Assembly: GCA_964647545.1 (NCBI GenBank)
Contig: CAZYHS010000002.1
Span: 34,695 to 98,694, forward strand
Length of the DNA stretch: 64,000 nt
Source: an uncultured Pseudomonadota bacterium
GTDB taxonomy: Bacteria > UBA10199 > GCA-002796325 > 1-14-0-20-49-13
Reading direction: 5' to 3'
Both the position numbers and the translations under genes were made by a program. Positions 1 to 8,606 of this stretch are shown piece after piece. Each line of letters opens with the position of its first letter. Position 1 is the first letter of the stretch. The notes under the pieces were generated by a model. It was not told where the DNA came from. It saw only the letters and a list, made by a program, of their open reading frames with translations, and ran no database searches.

Positions 1-1830
1 GACGCTGTTTTTGGGCTCGGCGTGCATTTGATGAAACTTGTCTCGGCTTTCAAAGCCGCCGCGCGTCAGTACGGCACCGAAAAACGCATTTTACTTTTGC
101 ACGGGCCGGTCGGCAGCGCAAAGAGCACGGTCGTGCGCATGATAAAAAAAGGTTTGGAAGCTTATTCGCGCACGCCGGAAGGGGCGATCTATTCGTTCGC
201 TTGGATGAAAAAAGACCTTAACGATGCCCGCAGCATTTTCGGCACGGCTAGCGAGATAAAATGTCCGATGCACGAAGAGCCGCTGCGTTTGATACCCGTT
301 GAATTGCGCGGGAAGATTTTGGGCGAGATAAACCGCAAATTAAGCGAGGACGATAAGATTATTCTCGAAGGCGATCTTTGCCCGTCGTGCCGCTATATTT
401 ACCGCGAGCTCATCAGCCACTATCAGGGCGACTGGGCCAAAGCCATGGAGCACATCAAGGTCCGCCGCATTCTTCTTTCCGAAAAAGACCGCATCGGAAT
501 CGGCACGTTCCAGCCGAAAGACGAAAAAAATCAGGATTCGACCGAGCTCACCGGCGATATCAATTATAGAAAGATCGCCGAATACGGTTCGGACTCCGAT
601 CCTCGCGCCTTCAACTTCGACGGCGAGTTCAATATCGCCAACCGCGGGCTCATCGAATTCATCGAGGTTTTAAAGCTCGACGTTGCGTTCCTTTATGATC
701 TGCTGGGAGCGTCCCAAGAACATAAGATTAAACCGAAAAAATTCGCGCAGACCGACATCGATGAGGTCATCATCGGTCACACGAACGAGGCGGAGTTCAA
801 GCGTTTTCAAAACAACGAGTACATGGAAGCGCTGCGCGACAGAACGGTAAGGATCGACCTGCCTTACATCACCAAGCTCCACGAAGAGATAAAGATTTAC
901 GAAAAAGATTATCGTCAGGACAGAGTTCGCGGCAAACATATCGCTCCGCACACGCTCGAAATGGCGGCAATGTGGGCGGTCTTAACGCGTTTGGAAGAAC
1001 CTAAAAAAGCGAATCTTACGCTCATGCAAAAGCTCAAGCTTTACGACGGCAAGAGCCTCCCCGGATTTACCGAAGACAACGTTAAAGAACTTCGCAAAGA
1101 GGCGGTGCGCGAAGGTCTAGACGGAATTTCACCGCGCTACATTCAAGACAAGATTTCGAACGCGCTCGTCAGCGAGGCGAGCGGCGGTTGCATCAACCCG
1201 TTCATGGTCTTGAACGAACTTGAAAGCGGGCTCAAACACCACGCGCTTCTCAAAGGCGACGACCAACGAAAACGATTCGCCGAATTGCTGGCGGTCGTGA
1301 AGGAAGAGTACGAAGATATCGTGAAGAACGAAGTTCAGCGAGCGATCTCGGCCGACGAAGATGCTATTTCGCGCCTCTGCTCGAACTACATCGACAATGT
1401 TAAGGCCTACACTCAGCGCGAAAAGGTGAAGAATAAATATACCGGTCAGGACGAGGAACCGGATGAAAGGCTTATGAGGTCGATCGAAGAGAAGATCGAC
1501 ATTCCCGAATCCCGCAAAGACGATTTCCGCCGCGAGATCATGAATTACATCGGTGCCCTCGCCATCGAAGGCAAGCAGTTCAATTACAAAATGAACGAAC
1601 GTCTTCATAAAGCGCTGGAACTGAAGCTTTTTGAAGATCAGAAAGATTCGATCAAGCTCACGAGCCTTGTCTCCAGCGTTGTTGACAAGGATACACAGGA
1701 GAAGATCGACGTCGTCAAGAGCCGTCTCATCAAGAATTACGGTTATTGCGAAACTTGCGCCACCGACGTTTTGAACTTCGTCGCGTCGATCTTTGCGCGC
1801 GGCGACATTAGAGAACGCGGCAGCAACTAA
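1..1830 (+). CDS. prkA: PrkA-family serine protein kinase (AAA+ ATPase N-domain), 5' end outside window
   Basis: The frame is open from base 1, and the translation ([13 protein letters not shown]...) runs into a Walker A motif [12 protein letters not shown] about 28 aa into the listed ORF. It aligns with the YeaG/PrkA N-terminal region, and the full-length family has about 100 aa before the P-loop, so the gene starts upstream of the window. It is followed by yeaH- and spoVR-like genes in the canonical order. Confidence 0.9.
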   Translation, partial: DAVFGLGVHLMKLVSAFKAAARQYGTEKRILLLHGPVGSAKSTVVRMIKKGLEAYSRTPEGAIYSFAWMKKDLNDARSIFGTASEIKCPMHEEPLRLIPVELRGKILGEINRKLSEDDKIILEGDLCPSCRYIYRELISHYQGDWAKAMEHIKVRRILLSEKDRIGIGTFQPKDEKNQDSTELTGDINYRKIAEYGSDSDPRAFNFDGEFNIANRGLIEFIEVLKLDVAFLYDLLGASQEHKIKPKKFAQTDIDEVIIGHTNEAEFKRFQNNEYMEALRDRTVRIDLPYITKLHEEIKIYEKDYRQDRVRGKHIAPHTLEMAAMWAVLTRLEEPKKANLTLMQKLKLYDGKSLPGFTEDNVKELRKEAVREGLDGISPRYIQDKISNALVSEASGGCINPFMVLNELESGLKHHALLKGDDQRKRFAELLAVVKEEYEDIVKNEVQRAISADEDAISRLCSNYIDNVKAYTQREKVKNKYTGQDEEPDERLMRSIEEKIDIPESRKDDFRREIMNYIGALAIEGKQFNYKMNERLHKALELKLFEDQKDSIKLTSLVSSVVDKDTQEKIDVVKSRLIKNYGYCETCATDVLNFVASIFARGDIRERGSN

Positions 1831-1855
1831 AGCCCGCTTGTTTTAGGGCCTTCAC

Positions 1856-2962
1856 ATGGCACAAAAGATCGAACAGGACATAAAACGTTTTCGCGACATC
1901 ATCCGCGGACGGATTAAAAAAGAGCTTAAAAAGTTCATCACCAGTTCCGAGCTTATCGGTAAAAAAGGTAAAGAGCTGGTGAGCATTCCGATTCCGCAGA
2001 TCGACATTCCGCACTTTGTCTATGGCGACAAAGAACAGGGTGGTGTTGGTCAAGGCGAAGGCGAAAATGGCGCGCCGCTCTCCCCCGGCGATGGGGACGA
2101 AGGGGCGTCGAAGGCCGGCAACGCGCCCGGCGAACATCTCCTTGAGGTCGAGGTCTCGTTTCAGGAGCTTGCAGAAATTTTAGGCGAAGAACTGGAACTG
2201 CCTAAGATTCAGCCGAAGGGCCACAGTGAAATCGAAAGCGCCAGAGTCCGCTACACGTCGATCGGCATGTCGGGGCCCGAATCTCTCAGACATTTCAAAA
2301 GAACCTACCGTCAGGCGCTCAAACGCCAGATCATGAGCGGCAGTTACGATCCTAAAAATCCGGTCATCATTCCCGTGCGCGAAGACAGACGTTATCGCAT
2401 GTGGAAAGAGGAGAAAAAACCCGAGACCAAGGCCGTTATTATTTACATGATGGATGTTTCGGGCTCGATGGGCAACGAACAGAAGGAGATCGTAAGACTT
2501 GAGGCCTTTTGGATCGACGCATGGCTTAAAAGCCAGTACAAAAATCTCGAGACCAAATACATAATCCACGACGCCGTAGCAAGAGAGGTCGATCGCGAGA
2601 CGTTTTTCCACACGAGAGAGAGCGGCGGAACGATAATTTCTTCGGCCTACAAAATGGCCTTAAAGATGATAGAAGAAAAATACAGTCCTCAAGAATGGAA
2701 TATTTATCCGTTCCATTTTTCCGACGGAGACAACTGGAGCGGCAACGATACCGACGAGTGCATTAAGCTTTTAAAAGAGCAGATCCTGCCGGTAGCCAAT
2801 GTTTTCTGTTACGGGCAGGTCGAGAGCGAATACGGAAGCGGGCAATTTTTGAAGGACCTAAATGAAAAACTTCCCAACGTTGAGAATTTGATCACGTCGA
2901 AAATCGAAAATAAGGACGCGATTCCTGCATCGATCAAAGATTTTTTAGGCAAGGGCAAATAG
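1856..2962 (+). CDS. yeaH: YeaH/DUF444 (UPF0229) protein with a C-terminal vWA/MIDAS domain
   Basis: It has the basic N-terminus typical of DUF444 and the MIDAS motif MMDVSGSMG. It sits 25 nt downstream of prkA and immediately before spoVR. Confidence 0.75.
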   Translation: MAQKIEQDIKRFRDIIRGRIKKELKKFITSSELIGKKGKELVSIPIPQIDIPHFVYGDKEQGGVGQGEGENGAPLSPGDGDEGASKAGNAPGEHLLEVEVSFQELAEILGEELELPKIQPKGHSEIESARVRYTSIGMSGPESLRHFKRTYRQALKRQIMSGSYDPKNPVIIPVREDRRYRMWKEEKKPETKAVIIYMMDVSGSMGNEQKEIVRLEAFWIDAWLKSQYKNLETKYIIHDAVAREVDRETFFHTRESGGTIISSAYKMALKMIEEKYSPQEWNIYPFHFSDGDNWSGNDTDECIKLLKEQILPVANVFCYGQVESEYGSGQFLKDLNEKLPNVENLITSKIENKDAIPASIKDFLGKGK

Positions 2963-2965
2963 ACT

Positions 2966-4444
2966 ATGAACCTCACGCCCGATTTGGCAAAACTTAGAGA
3001 CGAGATCGAAGGCTATGCAAAGAGCTACGGCCTCGATTTCTATCCGGTGGTCTTTGAGGTGCTCGACTGGAAAGAACTCAACGAAGTAGCGTCGTACGGC
3101 GGGTTTCCCAGCCGCTATCCTCACTGGCGTTTTGGGATGGAATACGAAGATCTTTCGAAGCGCTATGCATGGGGGTTGTCCAAGATCTACGAAATGGTTA
3201 TAAATAACGACCCTTGCTACGCTTATCTTTTGTACGCAAACAGTACGGTCGATCAAAAACTTGTGATGGCGCACGTTTACGCCCATTGCGATTTTTTCAA
3301 GAACAACGTCTATTTTGCCCACACAAACCGGAAGATGATGGACGAAATGGGGAATCATCGCAGCCGGATCGTCCGCTACATAAATCGCTACGGTCAGGAC
3401 GTCGTCGAAGATTTTATCGACGCCTGTCTTTCGATAGATACTTTGATTGACGTGCACGGGCCGGCGATACGTCGTGTGCGCGAACATCGCGCCGCGCAGC
3501 TAAACGACGAACAGCGGACCGTGAGAAAATTAAAGAGCGGCCGGACCTACATGGACAAGTTCATCAATCCGCCGGAATTTTTACAGGAGCAGGCGCGGCG
3601 TATCGAAGAAGAAGAGAGGCTCGAACATAAATTTCCCGAAAGTCCGGAGCGCGACGTCATGGGGTTTCTGGTCGATTTTGCGCAGCTGGAAAAATGGCAG
3701 CGCGACATTTTGTCGATGATCCGCGAGGAGGCTTACTACTACCTTCCGCAGGGACAGACAAAGATAATGAACGAAGGCTGGGCGAGCTACTGGCATTCGA
3801 AAATCATGACCGAAAAAGCGCTGAGAGATTCGGAAATAATCGATTACGCCGACCACCATTCTGGCACGGTGGCGCAACAGCCCGGCAGACTCAATCCCTA
3901 CAAAATGGGGATCGAACTCATGCGCGATATTGAAGAACGCTGGAACAAAGGGCGCTTCGGCAAGGAATTCGACGACTGCGATAACCTTGTCGCTAAAGCC
4001 AAGTGGGACAAAAATCTTGGATTGGGCAGAAAGAAGATCTTTGAAGTTCGAAAGCTCTATTGCGATCTGACCTTCATCGACGAATATCTTACCCCCGAAT
4101 TTTGCAAACAGCAGAAACTTTTTACGTTCGCTTACAATCCGACCGCCGATCAGTATCTTATCGCCAGTCGCGAGTTCCTAAAGATAAAAAACCAGCTCCT
4201 GTTTCAGCTTACGAACTACGGGCATCCGATAATTTCGGTCGTGGACGGAAACTACAAGAACCGCGGCGAGCTTCTTTTGAAACATCAGCACGAAGGGGTC
4301 GATCTAAGGGTCGATTACGCGAAAGAGACGCTTAAAAACCTCAGCAAAATCTGGGGGCGTCCGGCAAATATCGAGACCGTTTCGCAAGATACCCCGAAGA
4401 TTTTCTCTTTCGACGGGAGCGAATTCAAAGAAGCTCGCGTTTGA
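2966..4444 (+). CDS. spoVR: SpoVR/YcgB family protein
   Basis: It is 492 aa and carries SpoVR-family motifs (GWASYWH, NEGWA). It is the third gene of the conserved prkA-yeaH-spoVR module, starting 3 nt after the yeaH stop. Confidence 0.85.
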   Translation: MNLTPDLAKLRDEIEGYAKSYGLDFYPVVFEVLDWKELNEVASYGGFPSRYPHWRFGMEYEDLSKRYAWGLSKIYEMVINNDPCYAYLLYANSTVDQKLVMAHVYAHCDFFKNNVYFAHTNRKMMDEMGNHRSRIVRYINRYGQDVVEDFIDACLSIDTLIDVHGPAIRRVREHRAAQLNDEQRTVRKLKSGRTYMDKFINPPEFLQEQARRIEEEERLEHKFPESPERDVMGFLVDFAQLEKWQRDILSMIREEAYYYLPQGQTKIMNEGWASYWHSKIMTEKALRDSEIIDYADHHSGTVAQQPGRLNPYKMGIELMRDIEERWNKGRFGKEFDDCDNLVAKAKWDKNLGLGRKKIFEVRKLYCDLTFIDEYLTPEFCKQQKLFTFAYNPTADQYLIASREFLKIKNQLLFQLTNYGHPIISVVDGNYKNRGELLLKHQHEGVDLRVDYAKETLKNLSKIWGRPANIETVSQDTPKIFSFDGSEFKEARV

Positions 4445-4448
4445 TTAT

Positions 4449-5201
4449 TTAAACGGTCGGAGTTCTTACACGTCTAATTACCATTGCAACCACCGGCGCG
4501 ATTATCATGCATGCGATCGACCCGAGGACCTTTTCGCCTATCGAAAAGGTGATGACGGTTCCGAAAAGGGCGATGGAAATATAAAAGAGCGGGTTGAAGA
4601 AACGCAACACGCCGCTTAACTTCAGGTTCGGATACCTAAGCCATCTGTTTTCTATCAGTTGAAAAATAAAGATGACCGTGAATGACACAAGCAGCCAGCC
4701 CAGAAAATTTGAGATGGGGACGCCGAAGTAGAGCCCGCCGTTCGGGTAATAGTATATTTTCCCCAGAAACCATCTATCTCCAAGCTTTGTCACGGGGTCG
4801 ATTATCACGTCGAGCAGCATGACCAGCCATGCGCCGAAAAGAGCCGTACGAAAATTTGCAAAAGTGTAGATCTTCTTTTGCTCGGAAATTTCGGTGCCTG
4901 TTTCGCCCAGAATAAAACGCGCGGTCGTAAGCCCCGCGAAAATCATGAAAGGATAGGATAGCGAATCCCAAAAAGGGACCCCCATGACCATAGGTTCGCC
5001 TTGCATGTTTTCGTAAATGTAATGATAGATCCCGTACGGAAATCCGTTGTTGATCGACGAAACCTCGCTGGCCCAAGCGATAAAATAGCCGAGCACGAGC
5101 CAGATGAACGTCTTTTTCCATCCCCAATAGATGCGTCCCAAAAAGATGAATGCCGCGAGAAACGCAAAAACGTACGGGCGGTTGATAAGCATTGCCAGCA
5201 T
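4449..5201 (-). CDS. Polytopic integral membrane protein (6-7 predicted TM helices), family unassigned
   Basis: The 250-aa ORF is rich in W, F and Y hydrophobic segments and is convergent with spoVR. Its start is 3 nt from the stop of the downstream epimerase gene on the same strand. I could not assign the function from sequence. Confidence 0.6.
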   Translation of the reverse strand: MLAMLINRPYVFAFLAAFIFLGRIYWGWKKTFIWLVLGYFIAWASEVSSINNGFPYGIYHYIYENMQGEPMVMGVPFWDSLSYPFMIFAGLTTARFILGETGTEISEQKKIYTFANFRTALFGAWLVMLLDVIIDPVTKLGDRWFLGKIYYYPNGGLYFGVPISNFLGWLLVSFTVIFIFQLIENRWLRYPNLKLSGVLRFFNPLFYISIALFGTVITFSIGEKVLGSIACMIIAPVVAMVIRRVRTPTV

Positions 5202-5204
5202 GGG

Positions 5205-6206
5205 TTAGATCCTCCCTTTGTTTGTAAAATATTCCAGCGCGTCTTGAAGGGTTTTTTCAAGCGGCCGTTCGGCCTGCCAGCCGAGCTCCATTTTTGCCAG
5301 CCGCGAATCCAGAAAGAAAGGAAATTCGCTGCCGGCGATCGTCTCGCGCAATTTTTTTACGGGAACGATTTTTGCCGCGGTTTTTATGACGCGGAAAGGC
5401 AATGGAAAAGAGATCGGCTTTCTGCCCGAGATTTTTTTTAGCATGCCGAACAGTTCGGTCAACATGACGTTCGTTCCGCCGATCAGATAACGCTGCCCGA
5501 CGCTTCCTTGTGTGATGGCGTTGATATGGGCGCTTGCCACGTCTCTAACATCGACAATATTGAATCCGGTTTCAAAAAAGAGAGGGACTCGGCCCCTTAG
5601 ATAGGAGAGCAAAAGTTTGTTCGGCGCGGTAAGGTTGATGTCGTTTGGTCCCATTACGGCGGTCGGATTGAGAATAACGGCTTCAAGCCCAAGATTTGCC
5701 GCCCCTTTGACATGTTCTTCGGCGAGATATTTGCTGTGACCGTAATCGAGCATCATATCGCCGAGCGTGCTTGGGCTTTGTTCGTTCAGTTCTTTTCCGA
5801 TGAGACCTTTTGAGCGTCTTGTCTTAGACGATATTCTAAGCGTTTCACAGCTGCTTGTATAGACGAGCCGTTTAACGCCAGCTTTTATTGCGGCCTCGAC
5901 GACGTTCATCGTGCCGCCGAGATTGGTGGCGATATAATCTGCCAGCCCGAATTGCCCGCTCTTCACAAGAGCTGCGGTGTGGATAACGACCTTTGCTTTG
6001 GCAACAGCTTTGCACACGTCGGAAGGATTTCGAATGTCTCCAAAGAAAAGTTCGAGTTTGTCGGCGATCGAATCGATATTTTCGAGGCTGGAACCTTTGC
6101 GCACAAATCCGGCGACGGAAAAGCCGCGTTTGACAAGCCCTCGCGCGATGTGAGAGCCGATGAATCCGTTGGCCCCCGTTATCAGGATCTTTTCGTTAAG
6201 GCTCAT
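5205..6206 (-). CDS. NAD-dependent epimerase/dehydratase family protein (HpnA / dihydroflavonol-reductase-like)
   Basis: It has the Rossmann motif ILITGANGFIGSHIARGLV near the N-terminus. The likely start is MSLNEK at 6206, and the longer ORF reaching 6251 would overlap the response-regulator gene. Confidence 0.8.
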   Translation of the reverse strand: MSLNEKILITGANGFIGSHIARGLVKRGFSVAGFVRKGSSLENIDSIADKLELFFGDIRNPSDVCKAVAKAKVVIHTAALVKSGQFGLADYIATNLGGTMNVVEAAIKAGVKRLVYTSSCETLRISSKTRRSKGLIGKELNEQSPSTLGDMMLDYGHSKYLAEEHVKGAANLGLEAVILNPTAVMGPNDINLTAPNKLLLSYLRGRVPLFFETGFNIVDVRDVASAHINAITQGSVGQRYLIGGTNVMLTELFGMLKKISGRKPISFPLPFRVIKTAAKIVPVKKLRETIAGSEFPFFLDSRLAKMELGWQAERPLEKTLQDALEYFTNKGRI

Positions 6207-7150
6207 TTGCGCATCATCTGGAGGAAAATTTTGACTATCTGAGGGTTCCATTGGCCGGAGTTGATCTCGTCTTCAATGATCTGCAAAGCGCGTTCGACCG
6301 GCAGCGCTTTGCGATAAGGTCTGTCGGTCGTCATTGCATCGAACGAATCGGCAACGGCAAGTATCATTCCAAACAGAGGGATCTGGTCGCCTTTGAGACC
6401 GTCGGGATAACCGCCTCCGTCGTAACGCTCGTGATGATGTCTTATGCAGGGGAGCGCCTCTTCGATCGATTTCAGTCGGCAGCATATTTCGTAACCGCGC
6501 AGCGAATGGCTCTTAACGTGGGCCATCTCTTCATCGGTTAGTCTGCCGGGCTTGAGCAAAATATCTTCTCTTACGCCGATCTTGCCGATGTCGTGCAGCA
6601 GTCCGCCTTTGCGGATAATCTCGATCTCGCGCTGCGAAAGTCCCATGCGCTTTGCGATATCGACAGAATGTTGTGCGACCCGCTCGGAATGGCCGCGAGT
6701 GTAAATATCCTTAGCTTCGAGCGCCCCTGCGAGAGAAAACAGAACGCTTTCGCTGGTGTCGAGGTCGTCGTGGAGCTCTTTCATTCTCAATAGCGATTTG
6801 ATTCGTGTGAGAAGCTCAAGCTTATTGAACGGCTTGACCAAAAAGTCGTCTGCCCCCAGTTCAATGGCTTTCAATTTGTCGTCTAACTCCTGAAGCGCGG
6901 TGATTACGATGACCGGAACGAACTGGGTCTCTTTGTTTTGCTTGATCCAGCGGCAGACTTCGAATCCGCTGATTTTCGGCATCATTAAATCGAGCAAAAC
7001 CATATCGGGAGGCGCCTTCGATATTTTTTGGAGAGCTTCTTCGCCATCAAACGCGACATCTATTTGATAATCATAGGGTTTTAACTGGGCTTTGAGAAGT
7101 TCGACATTAACTTTATTGTCGTCAACGATGAGTATTTGCGGCTTTGGCAT
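6203..7150 (-). CDS. Response regulator with a receiver domain and an HD-GYP domain (c-di-GMP phosphodiesterase type)
   Basis: The N-terminal receiver reads ILIVDDNKVNVELL ... LLDLMMP. The C-terminal HD-GYP reads LLHDIGKIG ... HHERYDGGGYPDGL. Confidence 0.85.
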   Translation of the reverse strand: MPKPQILIVDDNKVNVELLKAQLKPYDYQIDVAFDGEEALQKISKAPPDMVLLDLMMPKISGFEVCRWIKQNKETQFVPVIVITALQELDDKLKAIELGADDFLVKPFNKLELLTRIKSLLRMKELHDDLDTSESVLFSLAGALEAKDIYTRGHSERVAQHSVDIAKRMGLSQREIEIIRKGGLLHDIGKIGVREDILLKPGRLTDEEMAHVKSHSLRGYEICCRLKSIEEALPCIRHHHERYDGGGYPDGLKGDQIPLFGMILAVADSFDAMTTDRPYRKALPVERALQIIEDEINSGQWNPQIVKIFLQMMRK

Positions 7151-7227
7151 ATAAAAAAGCTAACAGAAATCGCCTTGACAGTAAATGTCTAAATCAAATA
7201 AGAGAGGCTTCTTTAAAAGGGGGACGC

Positions 7228-7590
7228 ATGTTTTTGCTTAGATGGATCAAAAAACTGATTGTTTTTGTTTTGATAATCGCCGGCGTTCTTTACATTGCAA
7301 ATTATCAGTACAAAGGTAAGAGCGTTAAAGAACATATTTTTGACGCGAAGAAGAGCGGACTTATCGGCGAAGCTGTCAAAGATCTGCAAACTTGGGTAAG
7401 CGAGCTTTTTAGGACCGGCAAAAAGGTTGCCGATGACGGGATAACAAAAAAAGACCGTGAAGAACTCGAAAAGGTCATAAGTTCCGAATTGAAAGACGGC
7501 GTTGACAAATTAAAGGAAGAAGCGGCCAAAAAAGCCAAAGAGGCGGCCGAAGCCGCCGCCAAAGCCGCAAAGGACGAAAGTAAAAATTAA
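7228..7590 (+). CDS. Small N-terminally anchored membrane protein with a Lys/Glu/Ala-rich helical tail
   Basis: An RBS aaaaggggga precedes the ATG at 7228. It has a TM segment IVFVLIIAGVLYI followed by a low-complexity charged C-terminus. The ORF-track start at 7144 is unlikely because it overlaps the divergent gene. Confidence 0.55.
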   Translation: MFLLRWIKKLIVFVLIIAGVLYIANYQYKGKSVKEHIFDAKKSGLIGEAVKDLQTWVSELFRTGKKVADDGITKKDREELEKVISSELKDGVDKLKEEAAKKAKEAAEAAAKAAKDESKN

Positions 7591-7600
7591 GGAGAATAAA

Positions 7601-7873
7601 ATGGCAGAGACAAAGAAATGCAGTATCGCAAATTGCAAACGCCCCCATCGCGCAAAAGGCTATTGCGATGTTCACTTCAAAAAGTGGCGTGCCGGCGAGG
7701 TCGAAGGTCACAAATCGCGCTACAAAACCTGTAAAGAAGAAGGATGCAAGAAGCCGATGTTCAAAAAAGGTATCTGCGAAGCCCACTATCAGGCGTTGAT
7801 GGCTTCGAAGAATCCGGCTCCGGCCGAAGCCAGCGCGGCGCCGGCGGCCGACGCGGCAGCTCCGTCAGCTTAA
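7601..7873 (+). CDS. Small Cys/His-rich protein with two tandem zinc-ribbon-like C-x4-C...G-x-C-x2-H repeats and an Ala/Pro-rich tail
   Basis: An RBS aaggag lies 8 nt upstream. The two internal repeats are CSIANCKRPHRAKGYCDVHFKKW and CKEEGCKKPMFKKGICEAHYQAL. I do not recognise the family. Confidence 0.55.
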   Translation: MAETKKCSIANCKRPHRAKGYCDVHFKKWRAGEVEGHKSRYKTCKEEGCKKPMFKKGICEAHYQALMASKNPAPAEASAAPAADAAAPSA

Positions 7874-7934
7874 GTTTTGAGACGGAAGATGAAGGTGACG
7901 TAAGTATTTAGCATCCCCGCTCGAAAGGGCGGGG

Positions 7935-8606
7935 ATGATTTTCATGAGCACACGAGAAGAACTTCTAAATATTTTCGAAGTGCTCTTAAAGCACTTTGGC
8001 CCGCAGAAATGGTGGCCCGCCGATTCGCCCTTCGAAGTGATGGTCGGCGCCATCCTTACGCAAAATACCAGCTGGTCAAACGTCGAAAGGGCGATAGCAA
8101 ATTTAAAGAACGCTAAGCTGCTTGACCCGCGAAAAATGCTTCGCCTTGACGCCGAGACGCTCGCAAACTTGATAAGACCCGCAGGCTATCCCAACGTAAA
8201 AACAAAAAGAATACAGAATTTTCTAAGATTTTTCGTCGAAGAGTTCAATGCGGACGTTGCGAAAATGGGGCGCGAGAGCGTCGATTCGCTTCGTGAAAAA
8301 CTCTTGAGCGTGAAAGGCGTGGGGCCGGAAACGGCCGATTCGATTTTGCTTTACGCGCTCGCAAAGCCCGTATTTGTTTGCGACGCCTACACCCACCGCA
8401 TTTTTTCTAGGCACGGCATGTTAGATGAAGGAGTCTCTTACGACGACGTGCGCGCTCTATTTATGGACAACCTCCCAAACGAAGAAAAGCTTTTCAACGA
8501 ATATCACGCGTTGATAGTTAAGACCGGCAAAGATTTTTGCCGGCCGCGTCCAAAGTGCGATTTGTGCCCGCTTGGGGCGCTGCTGAAAAAGCCTCTTAAG
8601 GTTTAA
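7935..8606 (+). CDS. HhH-GPD superfamily DNA glycosylase (endonuclease III-like) with a C-terminal 4-Cys cluster
   Basis: It has an HhH-GPD core (VGAILTQNTSWSNVERA ... GVGPETADSILLYAL) and a C-terminal C-x6-C-x2-C motif. Confidence 0.8.
   Translation: MIFMSTREELLNIFEVLLKHFGPQKWWPADSPFEVMVGAILTQNTSWSNVERAIANLKNAKLLDPRKMLRLDAETLANLIRPAGYPNVKTKRIQNFLRFFVEEFNADVAKMGRESVDSLREKLLSVKGVGPETADSILLYALAKPVFVCDAYTHRIFSRHGMLDEGVSYDDVRALFMDNLPNEEKLFNEYHALIVKTGKDFCRPRPKCDLCPLGALLKKPLKV

Noticed and set aside
3844-3872. Sigma54-like TGGCAC-N5-xxGCA motif (tggcacggtggcgcaa)
   Set aside because: It lies inside the spoVR coding sequence, and the downstream element CGCA deviates from TTGC. It is most likely a chance match.
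7175-7203. Sigma70 promoter (TTGACA, 17 nt, ATAAGA) for the 7228 gene
   Set aside because: The -35 is perfect, but the best -10 is only a 3/6 match, which is too weak to list as a feature without data.
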